From: Alphaproteobacteria bacterium
GTDB taxonomy: Bacteria; Pseudomonadota; Alphaproteobacteria; SHVP01
Length of the DNA stretch: 64,000 nucleotides
Direction of reading: 5' to 3'
Assembly (NCBI GenBank): GCA_040216735.1
Contig: JAVJOO010000004.1
Span: forward strand, 121,396 to 185,395
This document shows positions 18,738-28,637 of this stretch, piece by piece; positions within the stretch are counted from its first letter, which is position 1; every line of letters begins with the position of its first letter. Both the position numbers and the translations under genes were made by a program. The notes under the pieces are model-generated. The model did no database searches, was not told the DNA's origin, and saw only the letters and a list, made by a program, of their open reading frames with translations.

Positions 18738-20261
18738 GTGAGGATGGCTAAGGGAGCAGGTTTCTTCGTATCCGTCGTGGCAGTCGCCACGGCGGCACTC
18801 GTGTTTGATTCGGTCGGTGCACAGGCGCAAACGCTGCGCGTTTCGAACATCGGCAATCCGCCGAACCACGGCGACCCGACCACCAGCCTCAGCTACCAAC
18901 ACAGTTATACCTTCGAAGCGATGTTCGACGCTCTGACCACTGTCGACGGCGACGGCTCTGTGAAGGGACGGCTGGCGACAAGTTGGAAGAACGTCGATCC
19001 GACGACGTGGCGCTTTACGCTGGCGCCGGGTGTATCGTTCCATGCCGGCGCGCCGTTCAACGCCGACGCGATCGTCGCGGCGGTCAAACAATTGCAGTCG
19101 GACGATCAGAAGAAGTTCGGCGGTTCGGTCTACGGTAGTCTCAGGCATATCGTCGACGCCAAGAAGATCGACGATATGACGGTCGACGTCGTTACCGACC
19201 GGCCGGCGCCGATCCTCCCGCACGAGATCGCGGCGTTCCGCATTATCGACCCCAAAGCGTGGGCTGACTTGGGCCGCGAGAAGTTCGGCAACAGTCCGTC
19301 GGGTACCGGTCCGTTCCGCGCGACATCTTGGGACGATACCAAGGCCGAGATGACGCGGTTCGACAAAGGCGCCAGGAAGGCCAAGTTCGACGGTATCCTC
19401 ATGTATTTCCAGCCTGAAGCGGCAACCCGCGTACAGGCTTTCCAAGGCGACGCAGTCGATCTCGCCTTCGGCATTCCAACCGATTCCGCCGGGTTGATCC
19501 GGCAGGCCGGCGGCACCGTGAACGAGGGGACGACGCCCTCGGTCTCGATCCTGGTCTTTAACATGAACAAGGGCGGGATCACCGCCGACAAGCGTGTGCG
19601 CCAGGCGTTCAACTACGCCATCGATAAGTCGTATCCCGAGACGTTGTTTAACGGGTTCGGCAAGGCGGGCAGCCAACCAGCGTCGGCGTCGGTCAACGGC
19701 TATCAGGCCGACATCAAGGCGTATCCATACGACACGGCAAAGGCACGCGCGTTGCTTGCCGAAGCGGGCTACGGCAACGGACTGACCGTCGATGCCGAGA
19801 TCGTCAATAACAACGCGGATTTGACGAATCTGTACCAGCAAGTCGCCCAAGATCTGAAAAAGGTCGGAGTGACGATGAACCTAAAAATCATCACGCTACC
19901 CGATCTTTTCGGGCGAGTGACCGGGTCGAAGGAGTTCGAGGGTGAGATGCACATCATGAACTATGGTTCGAACCCGTCGAACGACGTCATGCGCTCGCTC
20001 AACGCGTTCCACTCCTGCACCGCAAGGGCCAAGTGGACCTGCCTGCCGGATGCCGAAGAGGCGATTAAAGGTGCGAACACCGAGTTCGATCCCGTGAAGC
20101 GCGCTGCGTATCTTCGCAAAATCGCGGAAGTCTATCACGACGAAGCGCCGGTCATCTTCCTCTACGAGCAGTTCGAACTCGACGCGACGTCGAAGAAGGT
20201 GAAGAACTACAAGAACGAGAATTGGCGCATTAACTGGGCCGATATCGAAATGGTGAAATAG
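18738..20261 (+). CDS. ABC transporter substrate-binding protein, family 5 (peptide/nickel/opine type)
   Basis: Signal peptide, SBP_bac_5 length and pattern. GGGAGG Shine-Dalgarno upstream. GTG at 18738 or ATG at 18744. Confidence 0.8.
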   Translation: MRMAKGAGFFVSVVAVATAALVFDSVGAQAQTLRVSNIGNPPNHGDPTTSLSYQHSYTFEAMFDALTTVDGDGSVKGRLATSWKNVDPTTWRFTLAPGVSFHAGAPFNADAIVAAVKQLQSDDQKKFGGSVYGSLRHIVDAKKIDDMTVDVVTDRPAPILPHEIAAFRIIDPKAWADLGREKFGNSPSGTGPFRATSWDDTKAEMTRFDKGARKAKFDGILMYFQPEAATRVQAFQGDAVDLAFGIPTDSAGLIRQAGGTVNEGTTPSVSILVFNMNKGGITADKRVRQAFNYAIDKSYPETLFNGFGKAGSQPASASVNGYQADIKAYPYDTAKARALLAEAGYGNGLTVDAEIVNNNADLTNLYQQVAQDLKKVGVTMNLKIITLPDLFGRVTGSKEFEGEMHIMNYGSNPSNDVMRSLNAFHSCTARAKWTCLPDAEEAIKGANTEFDPVKRAAYLRKIAEVYHDEAPVIFLYEQFELDATSKKVKNYKNENWRINWADIEMVK

Positions 20262-20283
20262 GCCGCGTTTCATCGCCACGAAG

Positions 20284-20324
20284 AAAAGCTGCGGTGCCCA
20301 AAACGCCGCAGCTTTCTCTTTTGT
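20284..20324 (+). terminator. Rho-independent terminator after the substrate-binding gene
   Basis: aaagctgcggtg-cccaaaa-cgccgcagcttt followed by ctcttttgtgtg. Confidence 0.5.
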
Positions 20325-20346
20325 GTGTGTCTCGTAGGAGAGAATC

Positions 20347-21027
20347 GTGCCCAAGGTGTTTGCGACCATCGACCGTCCGCCGCGCGAGCTCGTGGCGCAG
20401 GTGCGGCACTTGCGGCTCGACCAAATCGTCAAGGCGCTGGCGCCGACGCAGCTCATGGATTCGGCCATCAAACCGTTGGCGTTGCGTAACGTTCGAGCGG
20501 TCGGGCCGGCGGTGACGGTCGCATCGAACGGGCCCGATCCGATGCTTGGCATGATTGCCACGGGTGTAGCCCAGCCAGGCGACATCATTGTCGTTGCCGC
20601 GGGTGGCAGCACGGCTGGTTTTTCCTGGGGCGGCGGCTTGACGTTGTCGGCGGCAAATGTCGGCTGCGCGGGCGTGGTGGTCGACGGCGTTGTCATTGAT
20701 GCGGGCGCGATCGTCGAGCAGGACACGCCGGTGTTCTGTCGTGGCGCGACGCTCCGCAGCGTACCGATCGCGGCAACGGGGTCGGTCAACGTGGCGGTGA
20801 CCTGCGGCGGGGTCGTCATCCAACCGGGCGACGTGATCGTCGCGTCGCTGGATGGCGTATGCGTCATTCCGCGTGGCGACCTCGCGGATTTGATCGGCGT
20901 CGTGGTGCCAGAGTCTGCGCGCATTAACGCCAACATCGAGACGCTGAAGGCCAGCAAGAAGACGATCTTCGATCTGCGGGGAGGTCGGCAGTTCGCGGCC
21001 GACCTCGGCTTGGAATGGATCGACTAA
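20347..21027 (+). CDS. RraA-family protein (RNase E inhibitor / 4-hydroxy-4-methyl-2-oxoglutarate aldolase-like)
   Basis: RraA/DlpA fold pattern (GDIIVVAAGGSTAGFSWGGGLT...GVVVDGVVID). Confidence 0.75.
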   Translation: MPKVFATIDRPPRELVAQVRHLRLDQIVKALAPTQLMDSAIKPLALRNVRAVGPAVTVASNGPDPMLGMIATGVAQPGDIIVVAAGGSTAGFSWGGGLTLSAANVGCAGVVVDGVVIDAGAIVEQDTPVFCRGATLRSVPIAATGSVNVAVTCGGVVIQPGDVIVASLDGVCVIPRGDLADLIGVVVPESARINANIETLKASKKTIFDLRGGRQFAADLGLEWID

Positions 21028-21142
21028 CGGCGGCTTTGAGAAATGCCGCATGGGACGAAAGTCTCCTGACACCATGCTGTCAGGAGGGGGTTGTTATGGT
21101 CTCCGGGCTGCAACGCACTGACCCAAACACGGAGACACACCG

Positions 21143-21493
21143 ATGACCAATCCTTTCGTATACATGGAACTGCACCCGAGTAGCCCCGACAACGCCAAGT
21201 CTTTCTACGGCGATCTGCTGGGGTGGCGTTTCGCCGATATGGACATGGACGGCGCGACCTACACGATAGTCAGCACCGGAGCCGAGCCTTTCGCCGGGTT
21301 TGCCCCGTCGAACGGGGGTGCGCCCCATTGGCTGCCCTATCTGGGCGTCGCGGATCTCGATGCCGCGACGGCAAAGGCCAAGAATCTCGGTGCCAAAGTT
21401 GTGCAGCCCCGCGTCGATATTCCGGCCGGTAGCTTTGTCTGGATCGAGGATCCCGCCGGCGCAACTGTCGCCTTGTTTCAACCCAAAGGCTGA
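21143..21493 (+). CDS. VOC-family protein (glyoxalase / bleomycin-resistance fold)
   Basis: 116-aa VOC pattern (FVYMELHPSSPDNAKSFYGDLLGW...WIEDPAGATVALFQPK). Confidence 0.75.
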   Translation: MTNPFVYMELHPSSPDNAKSFYGDLLGWRFADMDMDGATYTIVSTGAEPFAGFAPSNGGAPHWLPYLGVADLDAATAKAKNLGAKVVQPRVDIPAGSFVWIEDPAGATVALFQPKG

Positions 21494-21640
21494 GGCTTTG
21501 GTATTCCTGGGGGCGAACGGGCCCTCAGGAATGCCGTCGCGCCCATTCGACGCCGTCGGCCCGGCGTTCTAGCATTCGCGATCACGCAAACTTTCGCAGG
21601 TGCGGTCGATTCTTTCGCCCGCATCCTACCAAGAGGCCCT

Positions 21641-22324
21641 ATGCGCCGCGCTGATCGTCTTTTCGAGATTGTCCAAATGCTGCGCTCGCGCCGTTTCATG
21701 ACGGCGGCGCAACTCGCCGGCGAACTCGAAGTATCGGAGCGGACGATCTACCGCGATATCAGCGATCTGATCGTGACCGGCGTGCCGATCGCCGGCGAGG
21801 CCGGCGTCGGCTACACCCTCGATAGAAAGTTCGATCTACCGCCGCTGATGTTCAACGCCGAAGAAATCGACGCGCTCATCCTGGGCTCGCGCATTGTGCA
21901 AAGTTGGGCCGATCCCGATCTGGCCGCCGCCGCCCATAGCGCACTGACCAAGATCGAGGCGGTGCTCCCCGAACCCCTGCGCATCAATATCGTCGAGAGC
22001 GCGCTCTTCGCCCCGCGCATCATGCCCGACACCGCCGTTACCGCGAACCTGGCCGTGGTGCGGCGCGCGGTCAACGACCGTTACAAGGTGACGTTTCGCT
22101 ACACCCGGGCGGATGGCGAATCGACTAGCCGGGTCGTGCATCCGCTGGGTCTGTTCTATTGGGGATACGCCTGGGCGTTGGTCGCTTGGTGCGAGACCCG
22201 CGACGACTTTCGTAATTTTCGCCTCGATCGCATGGAGCAGATCGCGCGGCGCGACGAGAGGTTCGCCGACGTGCCGGGGCGAGGCTTGGCCGATTTCCTC
22301 AAACAACAGGGCCGCGAAAGGTGA
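21641..22324 (+). CDS. YafY-family transcriptional regulator (HTH plus WYL domain)
   Basis: N-terminal HTH (TAAQLAGELEVSERTIYRDI) and WYL-like C-terminus (LFYWGYAWALVAWCETRDDFRNFRLDRM). Confidence 0.8.
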   Translation: MRRADRLFEIVQMLRSRRFMTAAQLAGELEVSERTIYRDISDLIVTGVPIAGEAGVGYTLDRKFDLPPLMFNAEEIDALILGSRIVQSWADPDLAAAAHSALTKIEAVLPEPLRINIVESALFAPRIMPDTAVTANLAVVRRAVNDRYKVTFRYTRADGESTSRVVHPLGLFYWGYAWALVAWCETRDDFRNFRLDRMEQIARRDERFADVPGRGLADFLKQQGRER

Positions 22325-22326
22325 AG

Positions 22327-22360
22327 GACTCCCGGGGACGGTGCCGTCCCCGGGAGCGGC
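22327..22360. terminator. Bidirectional terminator hairpin between convergent genes
   Basis: Perfect inverted repeat ctcccggggacgg-tgc-cgtccccgggag, followed by cggcgttttc. Confidence 0.5.
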
Positions 22361-22364
22361 GTTT

Positions 22365-23897
22365 TCAACCTTCGAGTTCGATCTCGTGCCAATTGATGGC
22401 ACGGTTGAACAACCGGTAGTTCTTCACTTTCGGCGATAGACCGTCGATCACCGATCGTTCGTACATGTACGAAATCAACGCTTCGTCGTGATAGTGCTTC
22501 ACGACCTGACGCACGAGTTCGGCGCGCTTGCTCTTGTCGAACTCCGCGTTGGCGGCGTCGATGGTGGGCTGGATCGACTTGTCGCAAATGAACGCGCCGA
22601 AGAAGCTGCACGAGTCGGTGGCAAAGGGGCGCATGACGTCGCCGGTCGGGAAGGACTCAACCAAGCCCATCCACATGTGGCCGTCCCACGGCTTTTGCCC
22701 GCGCAACTTGCCGAGCAAATCGGCCAACGCGATCTGCCGAAGCTCTAAGTTGATTCCCACCTGCCGCAGACTGTCGGCAATGAACTGCGACGTATCGGTG
22801 TAGTCGGTCGACGTTGGGATCAGTTCCATAATCAGGTTTAGACCGCCGCCGTGCCCGGCCTCCGCGAGCAATTTCTTTGCCTGCTCGGGGTCGTAGGGGT
22901 AGGGCTTAATGTCCGTTTGATGCCCAGCAACGGTACTTGCGCCCGACTGGCCGGCGGGAACCGTCAACCCACCCAGTACTTCCTTCACGTACTGGTCGCG
23001 GTTAATGGCAAAGTTGATCGCCCGCCGGACTCGGCGGTCCAGGATCGGCGCGTTGTCGGCCGTTGTTCGTTCTGGAACGGTGTTGAACTTGAACGACACC
23101 ACATCGAAGATCTGGGTAATGTTAACCCGGTGACCGGAGGCGTCGAGGCGCGGAATGTCATCCGGGCTGAGGACCCAGGCGATATCGACCTGACCCGATT
23201 GAAGTGCGCTGACGCGTGCCGCGACCTCGGTGAGCGAATCGATGCGCAGCCGGTCGACCTTTGCTGGCCGCCAGGCGTCGGCAAACCGTTCGGCTTCTAG
23301 GGTTTCGCCGGTCCAACTCGTTACCTTGAAGGGCCCGGTCCCAATCGGTTTGACGGTGAAGCCTTCGATTCCGACATCCTTCTGGTAGTCGGCGTCCATA
23401 ATTCTGAGCAATGCAAACCAGCGATCCAGAATCGGATTTGGCGTTTTGGTGGCGATTTCGACCGTTTGTTCATCGACTTTCTTGGCCCCGGCGAGGCCGA
23501 GGAAGTTCGCGGAAATACTGGTCTTGCCGGCGTCGTCGCTGATCAAGAACTCGACGTTCTTGACGATTTGATCGGCGGTCATCGGCGCGCCGTTGTGGAA
23601 TTTTACGCCGTCGCGGATTTTGAAAACCCAGGTGGTCGGGTCTTTGACTTCCCACGATGTCGCGAGGCCGGGGTCGACCGACCCATTGCGATTCAAGTAC
23701 GTCATGCTGTCGGCGAACGCCATCAACGGCAGGGTCGATTGGGCGCCGAACGCCATTTCGAACCGGCCCTTTTGTGGATTGAACCCGAAGTGCGCGACGC
23801 GGAGCGTTTTCTCCTGCGCCTGGGCGTCGTGCGCCGTGCCGAAGGCGACGGTTGCGGCGAGTACGGCGGCACCCGCAGCGGCAATAACCTGCTTCAT
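22365..23897 (-). CDS. ABC transporter substrate-binding protein, family 5
   Basis: Signal peptide MKQVIAAAGAAVLAATVAFGTAHDAQAQ and SBP_bac_5 pattern. Orphan: no cognate permease or ATPase adjacent. Confidence 0.8.
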   Translation of the reverse strand: MKQVIAAAGAAVLAATVAFGTAHDAQAQEKTLRVAHFGFNPQKGRFEMAFGAQSTLPLMAFADSMTYLNRNGSVDPGLATSWEVKDPTTWVFKIRDGVKFHNGAPMTADQIVKNVEFLISDDAGKTSISANFLGLAGAKKVDEQTVEIATKTPNPILDRWFALLRIMDADYQKDVGIEGFTVKPIGTGPFKVTSWTGETLEAERFADAWRPAKVDRLRIDSLTEVAARVSALQSGQVDIAWVLSPDDIPRLDASGHRVNITQIFDVVSFKFNTVPERTTADNAPILDRRVRRAINFAINRDQYVKEVLGGLTVPAGQSGASTVAGHQTDIKPYPYDPEQAKKLLAEAGHGGGLNLIMELIPTSTDYTDTSQFIADSLRQVGINLELRQIALADLLGKLRGQKPWDGHMWMGLVESFPTGDVMRPFATDSCSFFGAFICDKSIQPTIDAANAEFDKSKRAELVRQVVKHYHDEALISYMYERSVIDGLSPKVKNYRLFNRAINWHEIELEG

Positions 23898-24330
23898 TAC
23901 TTTCTCCCTGTTTGGTCCTGGTTGTCCCAAAAACGGGGAATGCTAGTCCGATTGTCGCGGTGGACAAATACGCCCCGGCGGCTTGCCCACGGGGTGGTTT
24001 CTCGATTGCTAGAGATCTGGCTGCAGGGCGCTTTCGCGCCGGATCACGGTTCGCTTGGGTTCACGGCGCCGACGGTCATCACGCAATACGGTACCAGGTA
24101 GGAAATGACGATCTTCAGATAGGGCGGCATATGACTGGCCTTGACTAAGGACGGTCCGCATCGGTGCTGCAGGTCGCAGGGGTCAGCATAGCGCGATTGT
24201 CGGTCCGCGCCGGTGGGTGTCAAGCGTACCCGACAACGCGCGCAAGGGGCACGGGTCGGAGCCCGGCGGCTACCGCCCGGAACGCCCTTTCACATACAGA
24301 GTCGTGACAGGGTTGATCCGAGCGTCCGCC

Positions 24331-25635
24331 CTACATCGATCGGGATCCCGTGCCGAATTCGGGGTAGGCCTCGAGGCCGAGTTCGGCGCGGTCGAGACCC
24401 AGAGCTTCGCTTTCTTGGTCGGCACGGATCCCCATCGTGTACTTGATGGCAAACCATACGATTGCACTCGCCACGACGGTGAACGCCCCGATGGCCAAGA
24501 TGCCTACAATTTGAGTGCCGAAACTGGCGTCGTTGTTGGTGAGGGGCACGGCCAGGGTGCCCCAAATGCCCGCCACCAAATGGGCCGAGATTGCGCCGAC
24601 CACGTCGTCGACCTTGAATCTGTCGAACAGCGGGATGGCAACGACCGCGAGAATGCCGCCGACTCCACCGATCAAGATGGCTTCGAAGATCGAGGGGGTA
24701 TCCGGCCCTGCGGTAATGGAGACCAAGCCGGCAATGGCGCCGTTGAGAACGAGGGTCAGGTCGACCTTTTTGTAAAGGATTTGCGCAAGCAGCATCGATG
24801 CCACGACGCCACCGGCGGCTGCCATGTTGGTGTTTACGTAGATATTGGCGATGGCAATCACATCCGCGGCCGATCCCATCGCGAGCTGGCTGCCGCCGTT
24901 AAAGCCGAACCAACCGAGCCATAAGATGAACGTTCCGAGAGTCGCGAGGGGCAACGACGATCCCGGCATCGGATTGACACGCCCATTTGCGTATTTGCCG
25001 CGCCGCGCTCCAAGGATCAGGCATCCGGTCAGGGCGGCCCAACCACCGACGGAATGGACTAGTGTCGACCCCGCGAAGTCGGCGAAACCCATTTCGCTGA
25101 GCCAGCCACCGCCCCACTGCCACGATCCGGTGATCGGATAAATAACAGCTGTGAGAACCACGACGAAGACCAAGAAGGACCATAGTTTGCTGCGTTCGGC
25201 GACTGCGCCCGACACGATCGATGCCGCGGTCGCAACGAAAACCATTTGGAAGAACCAGTCGGAGGAGGCGGCATAGTTGCCCGAGAAGTCGCCCGCGAGC
25301 GCAGCGCTGTCGTCGGCACGCCACCAGGAGATACTTCCGATAAATCCACCGTCAACGCCGGTGTACATCAGGTCGTAGCCGACGAGGTAGTAGGTGATCC
25401 CGGCGATGGCAAAGAGGGCGATGTTCTTTAGGCAAATCGTCGCGACGTTTTTGCTGCGCACCAGTCCGCTTTCAAGCATCGCGAAACCGGCCGCCATCCA
25501 CATGACGAGGAATCCGTTCATCAGAAAAGAAAGCGAATTGAAGATGAAAGCGGTTTCGCTGACTTCCTGGGCCCACGCAGGCGTGGTGGCTAGGCAAAGA
25601 AGGCTGACGATGCTGACGCCGAGGGATTTGCGCAT
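24331..25635 (-). CDS. amtB: Ammonium transporter AmtB
   Basis: Signal peptide, 11 TM segments, Amt signature regions (DFAGSTLVHSVGGWAAL, LGTFILWLGWFGFNGGS). Confidence 0.9.
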   Translation of the reverse strand: MRKSLGVSIVSLLCLATTPAWAQEVSETAFIFNSLSFLMNGFLVMWMAAGFAMLESGLVRSKNVATICLKNIALFAIAGITYYLVGYDLMYTGVDGGFIGSISWWRADDSAALAGDFSGNYAASSDWFFQMVFVATAASIVSGAVAERSKLWSFLVFVVVLTAVIYPITGSWQWGGGWLSEMGFADFAGSTLVHSVGGWAALTGCLILGARRGKYANGRVNPMPGSSLPLATLGTFILWLGWFGFNGGSQLAMGSAADVIAIANIYVNTNMAAAGGVVASMLLAQILYKKVDLTLVLNGAIAGLVSITAGPDTPSIFEAILIGGVGGILAVVAIPLFDRFKVDDVVGAISAHLVAGIWGTLAVPLTNNDASFGTQIVGILAIGAFTVVASAIVWFAIKYTMGIRADQESEALGLDRAELGLEAYPEFGTGSRSM

Positions 25636-25794
25636 GGGGCTGACTCGCCTTTGGTCTAGGGGTTATTGAGCCCCATTACCCAAGAGTCGTGCCAGGTTCC
25701 GCGTGTCGAGCTAGGTAACTGAAATTAAAGGAAAAAATCTTCGAATCAGGCGCGGTAAGCTCTGCTTGGTGTCGATTTTCTGCATAGAACTTAG

Positions 25795-25810
25795 GCAGCG
25801 CCGTGCCATT
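25795..25810 (-). promoter_or_regulatory. Candidate sigma-54 (-24/-12) promoter upstream of amtB
   Basis: Minus-strand reading TGGCACG-GCGC-TGCC has GG-N10-GC spacing. It lies about 160 nt upstream of amtB in an AT-rich intergenic region. Confidence 0.25.
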
Positions 25811-25823
25811 GCCTATCTATTGT

Positions 25824-26978
25824 TCATTCCTTGACGCCGCCGAACACCATAAAGGCGCCCACGTTGCCGAAGTCGCCCGAGGCGAGCTCCCGGCGCCCGC
25901 GATTTTCGCGGTCGCGCCGCGCACTTGTTGCGGTCGTATAGATCACCTTGTCCCGCGCGAAGCCGACGTCGCTCGCCAGCTGCGGGAGGTCCAAGTCGTG
26001 CATCGGTCCGATAAAAGGTTCGTTGTTGAAATAGGTATCCCAATCCGGAACGAAGGCGTCGTAGGGATCCAGGCCACGCCAGTCGACCCCATCCATATGC
26101 AGCATCACGCCACCGGGCTTCAGGAGCCGGTGGCATTCGCGCAGGATGCGGGGCAGGGCGCGGCGGGAGGTTTCATGGATGATGATCTGCGACACGATCA
26201 GATCGAAATGGGCATCCGGAAAATCGGTCGTCTCGGCATTTTGTTGCGAAAAATGAACCGTCTTGCCCAAGGCTTGGGCCCGGGCGTGGGCATAGCGCAC
26301 CATCGGCGCGCCGATGTCGAACGCATGCACTTCCGCGTTTGGAAAGGCGTCGCACCAGGGCAGTGTCCCGTGTCCGACTGAGCATCCCATGTCGAGGATT
26401 CGCTTAGGCGAAAGGCCGGGATGGTTCTCCTTGACCCACGCGACGAGGCTCTGACCGAAGTCGTCGTTGAGGGTCCCGCGCAGGCCCATCGAGAACAGAT
26501 AGATACCGCGGTCGTACAGCGCGCCGGCGAAGAGATCGTCTTCGCCGAGTTCGCTGTGGTAGCCGCCTGGCATGCAATGAATATCGACTGCCGCGTGATA
26601 GCGCGGGATTTCCAGCGCCGGGTCGAGGCGCAGGGAACCTCGACCGCGGACCGTGCCCGCGCGGGCTTTCAGGTCGCTCCATCGACGTGCCACCGGTTCG
26701 CCGACCGAATCCCACATGAGCTCCTGTGCCGTACGCTTGAGCGCACTTGCAGCTTGGTAATAGGAATCTTCGGACAGGGCTCGTCGCACCTCGTGGCGCG
26801 TCGTTGGCACCCGGCCCTTGGCACGCCGAAAGGCGGGCTTGACCCGGTTCTCGTAGACCGATTTCGTGCCAGGCGCGACGTTCCCCGAAAGATGCGACTT
26901 CAGCCCTACAGCGAAGTGCTGCCGCGCCGCTTCGTCGTGATCCGCATCCACCAGTATTGCGTGTTTGGTTTGTGGCAT
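25824..26978 (-). CDS. Class I SAM-dependent methyltransferase with N-terminal extension (paralog of 4376..5524)
   Basis: Motif I ILDMGCSVGHGTLP. About 55% identity to the first methyltransferase over the core. GGGAG Shine-Dalgarno before M18 (MPQTKHAIL). Confidence 0.7.
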   Translation of the reverse strand: MPQTKHAILVDADHDEAARQHFAVGLKSHLSGNVAPGTKSVYENRVKPAFRRAKGRVPTTRHEVRRALSEDSYYQAASALKRTAQELMWDSVGEPVARRWSDLKARAGTVRGRGSLRLDPALEIPRYHAAVDIHCMPGGYHSELGEDDLFAGALYDRGIYLFSMGLRGTLNDDFGQSLVAWVKENHPGLSPKRILDMGCSVGHGTLPWCDAFPNAEVHAFDIGAPMVRYAHARAQALGKTVHFSQQNAETTDFPDAHFDLIVSQIIIHETSRRALPRILRECHRLLKPGGVMLHMDGVDWRGLDPYDAFVPDWDTYFNNEPFIGPMHDLDLPQLASDVGFARDKVIYTTATSARRDRENRGRRELASGDFGNVGAFMVFGGVKE

Positions 26979-27076
26979 GGCCGCTCCCTCGTAAGGCCGC
27001 AGTGTGGCGTCGGTGCGGGGCCGCCGCAAGCGGCACTCTTGCGCCGCGGCCCGCGCGCCGCGACACTGCGACCATC

Positions 27077-28636
27077 ATGACCAGATTCGATATCCCTGCG
27101 ATCCTCATCCCTGAACACATGGCGCTGCATGCGCGGCGGCATCCAAACAAGACGGCGTTGGTCTTCCACGACGACGCCCTCAGTTGGGGCGAATTCGACC
27201 GCCGCCAAAACCGGGTCGCCCAGGCGCTCGCCGCCCGCGGCATCGGGCGCGGCGACAAGGTCGGTATCCTCGCCGACAACAGCACCGATGCGGTGTGTGC
27301 CTATTTCGGTACGCTAAAAGCCGGTGCGGCCGTCGCGTCGCTGCCGACGATCGTTACCGCCGACAGCTTGGCGACGATGATCGCCGACTGTGCGGCCAAG
27401 GCGCTGATCGTGAGCGAAGGCTATCTCGACCGGATCGACGGCATCCGCACCGAACTGGATGTCGACCCGGCCGCTTTCATCGCGATCGGCGCGGCGCGGG
27501 CTGGCTGGCGGTCGTTCGACGAATGGCTGGCGGAGGCGAGCGACAGTGCTCCGGCTATCCGCAACGAACCCGACGACGATGCTTGTCTTATCTATTCCTC
27601 GGGAACGACCGGGGTCCCGAAGGGAATCGTGCTCACCCACCATTGCCGCCTCAACCACGCCTACCTGATGAGTGCGGAACAGCACTTCAACACCGATTCG
27701 GTGTTCATCGTCACGACGGCGTTGCACTCGAACACCGCATGGACTCTGTTGCTGTGTGCCTTCCTGTTCGGTGCCACGGCGGTGATCATGCCGAAGTTCG
27801 AGGCTGAGGAATGGTGCCGTTTGGTCGAGCGTTGGCGCGGTTCGGCGACGGTCATGGTTCCGGCGCAGTATCAGGCCATCCTCGATTCGCCGTCGTCCCA
27901 GTCGCGCGATTTGTCTTCGCTCAAGACCTTGGCCACGGTGGGATCCCACATGCGCGAGGGCATCAAGCGGCGCATGTTGGAAACTTTTCCGTGTGGCTAC
28001 TACGAGGTCTACGGTCTAACCGAAGGCTTTGCGACCATCGTGCGGCCCGAAGACTTGCCCGCGAAGATCGTCTCGGTGGGCCGCGCCATGCTTGGCAACG
28101 ACATCCGCATCATCGACGATTCGGGCGCCGAGCTGCCCCAGGGGGAGGCCGGCGAAATTGTCGGCTACAGCCCGATCCTCATGAAGGGCTACCACAACAG
28201 CCCCGACCAAACCGAGGCGGCGATATGGCGCGAACCGGTCAGTGGGAGAACCTTCCTGCGGTCCGGTGACGTCGGGCGACTGGACGAGGAGGGGTTCCTC
28301 TATTTGCTCGACCGCAAGAAGGACATGATCGTGTCCGGGGGCTACAACGTGTTCCCCGCCGATATCGAACGAATCTTGGGCGCCCATCCCAACGTGTACG
28401 ATCTGTGCGTCATCGGCATTCCGCACGAACGCTGGGGCGAGACGCCGCTTGCCTTGATCGTGCCGACGCCTGGGGTCACCCCGGATCTTGTGGCGATGCG
28501 CGCCTGGGCCAACGAACGGCTCGGAAAGCATCAACGCATCGCAGCCATTGAGGTTCGCGACGAATTGCCGCGTAACCCGGCCGGCAAGGTAATGAAGGCC
28601 GAACTTCGCAAACCCTATTGGCAGGGACATTCCTGA
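27077..28636 (+). CDS. AMP-dependent synthetase/ligase (acyl- or aryl-CoA ligase)
   Basis: AMP-binding motif IYSSGTTGVPKG, YGLTE, and C-terminal GKVMKAELRK. Real start MTRFDIP (M41 of the track ORF). Confidence 0.8.
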   Translation: MTRFDIPAILIPEHMALHARRHPNKTALVFHDDALSWGEFDRRQNRVAQALAARGIGRGDKVGILADNSTDAVCAYFGTLKAGAAVASLPTIVTADSLATMIADCAAKALIVSEGYLDRIDGIRTELDVDPAAFIAIGAARAGWRSFDEWLAEASDSAPAIRNEPDDDACLIYSSGTTGVPKGIVLTHHCRLNHAYLMSAEQHFNTDSVFIVTTALHSNTAWTLLLCAFLFGATAVIMPKFEAEEWCRLVERWRGSATVMVPAQYQAILDSPSSQSRDLSSLKTLATVGSHMREGIKRRMLETFPCGYYEVYGLTEGFATIVRPEDLPAKIVSVGRAMLGNDIRIIDDSGAELPQGEAGEIVGYSPILMKGYHNSPDQTEAAIWREPVSGRTFLRSGDVGRLDEEGFLYLLDRKKDMIVSGGYNVFPADIERILGAHPNVYDLCVIGIPHERWGETPLALIVPTPGVTPDLVAMRAWANERLGKHQRIAAIEVRDELPRNPAGKVMKAELRKPYWQGHS

Positions 28637-28637
28637 C

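Noticed and set aside
19896-21075. Minus-strand ORFs 19896..20957 and 20230..21075
   Set aside because: They are antisense to the substrate-binding protein and RraA genes. Their composition is dominated by Arg, Ala and Pro, which indicates high-GC shadow ORFs.
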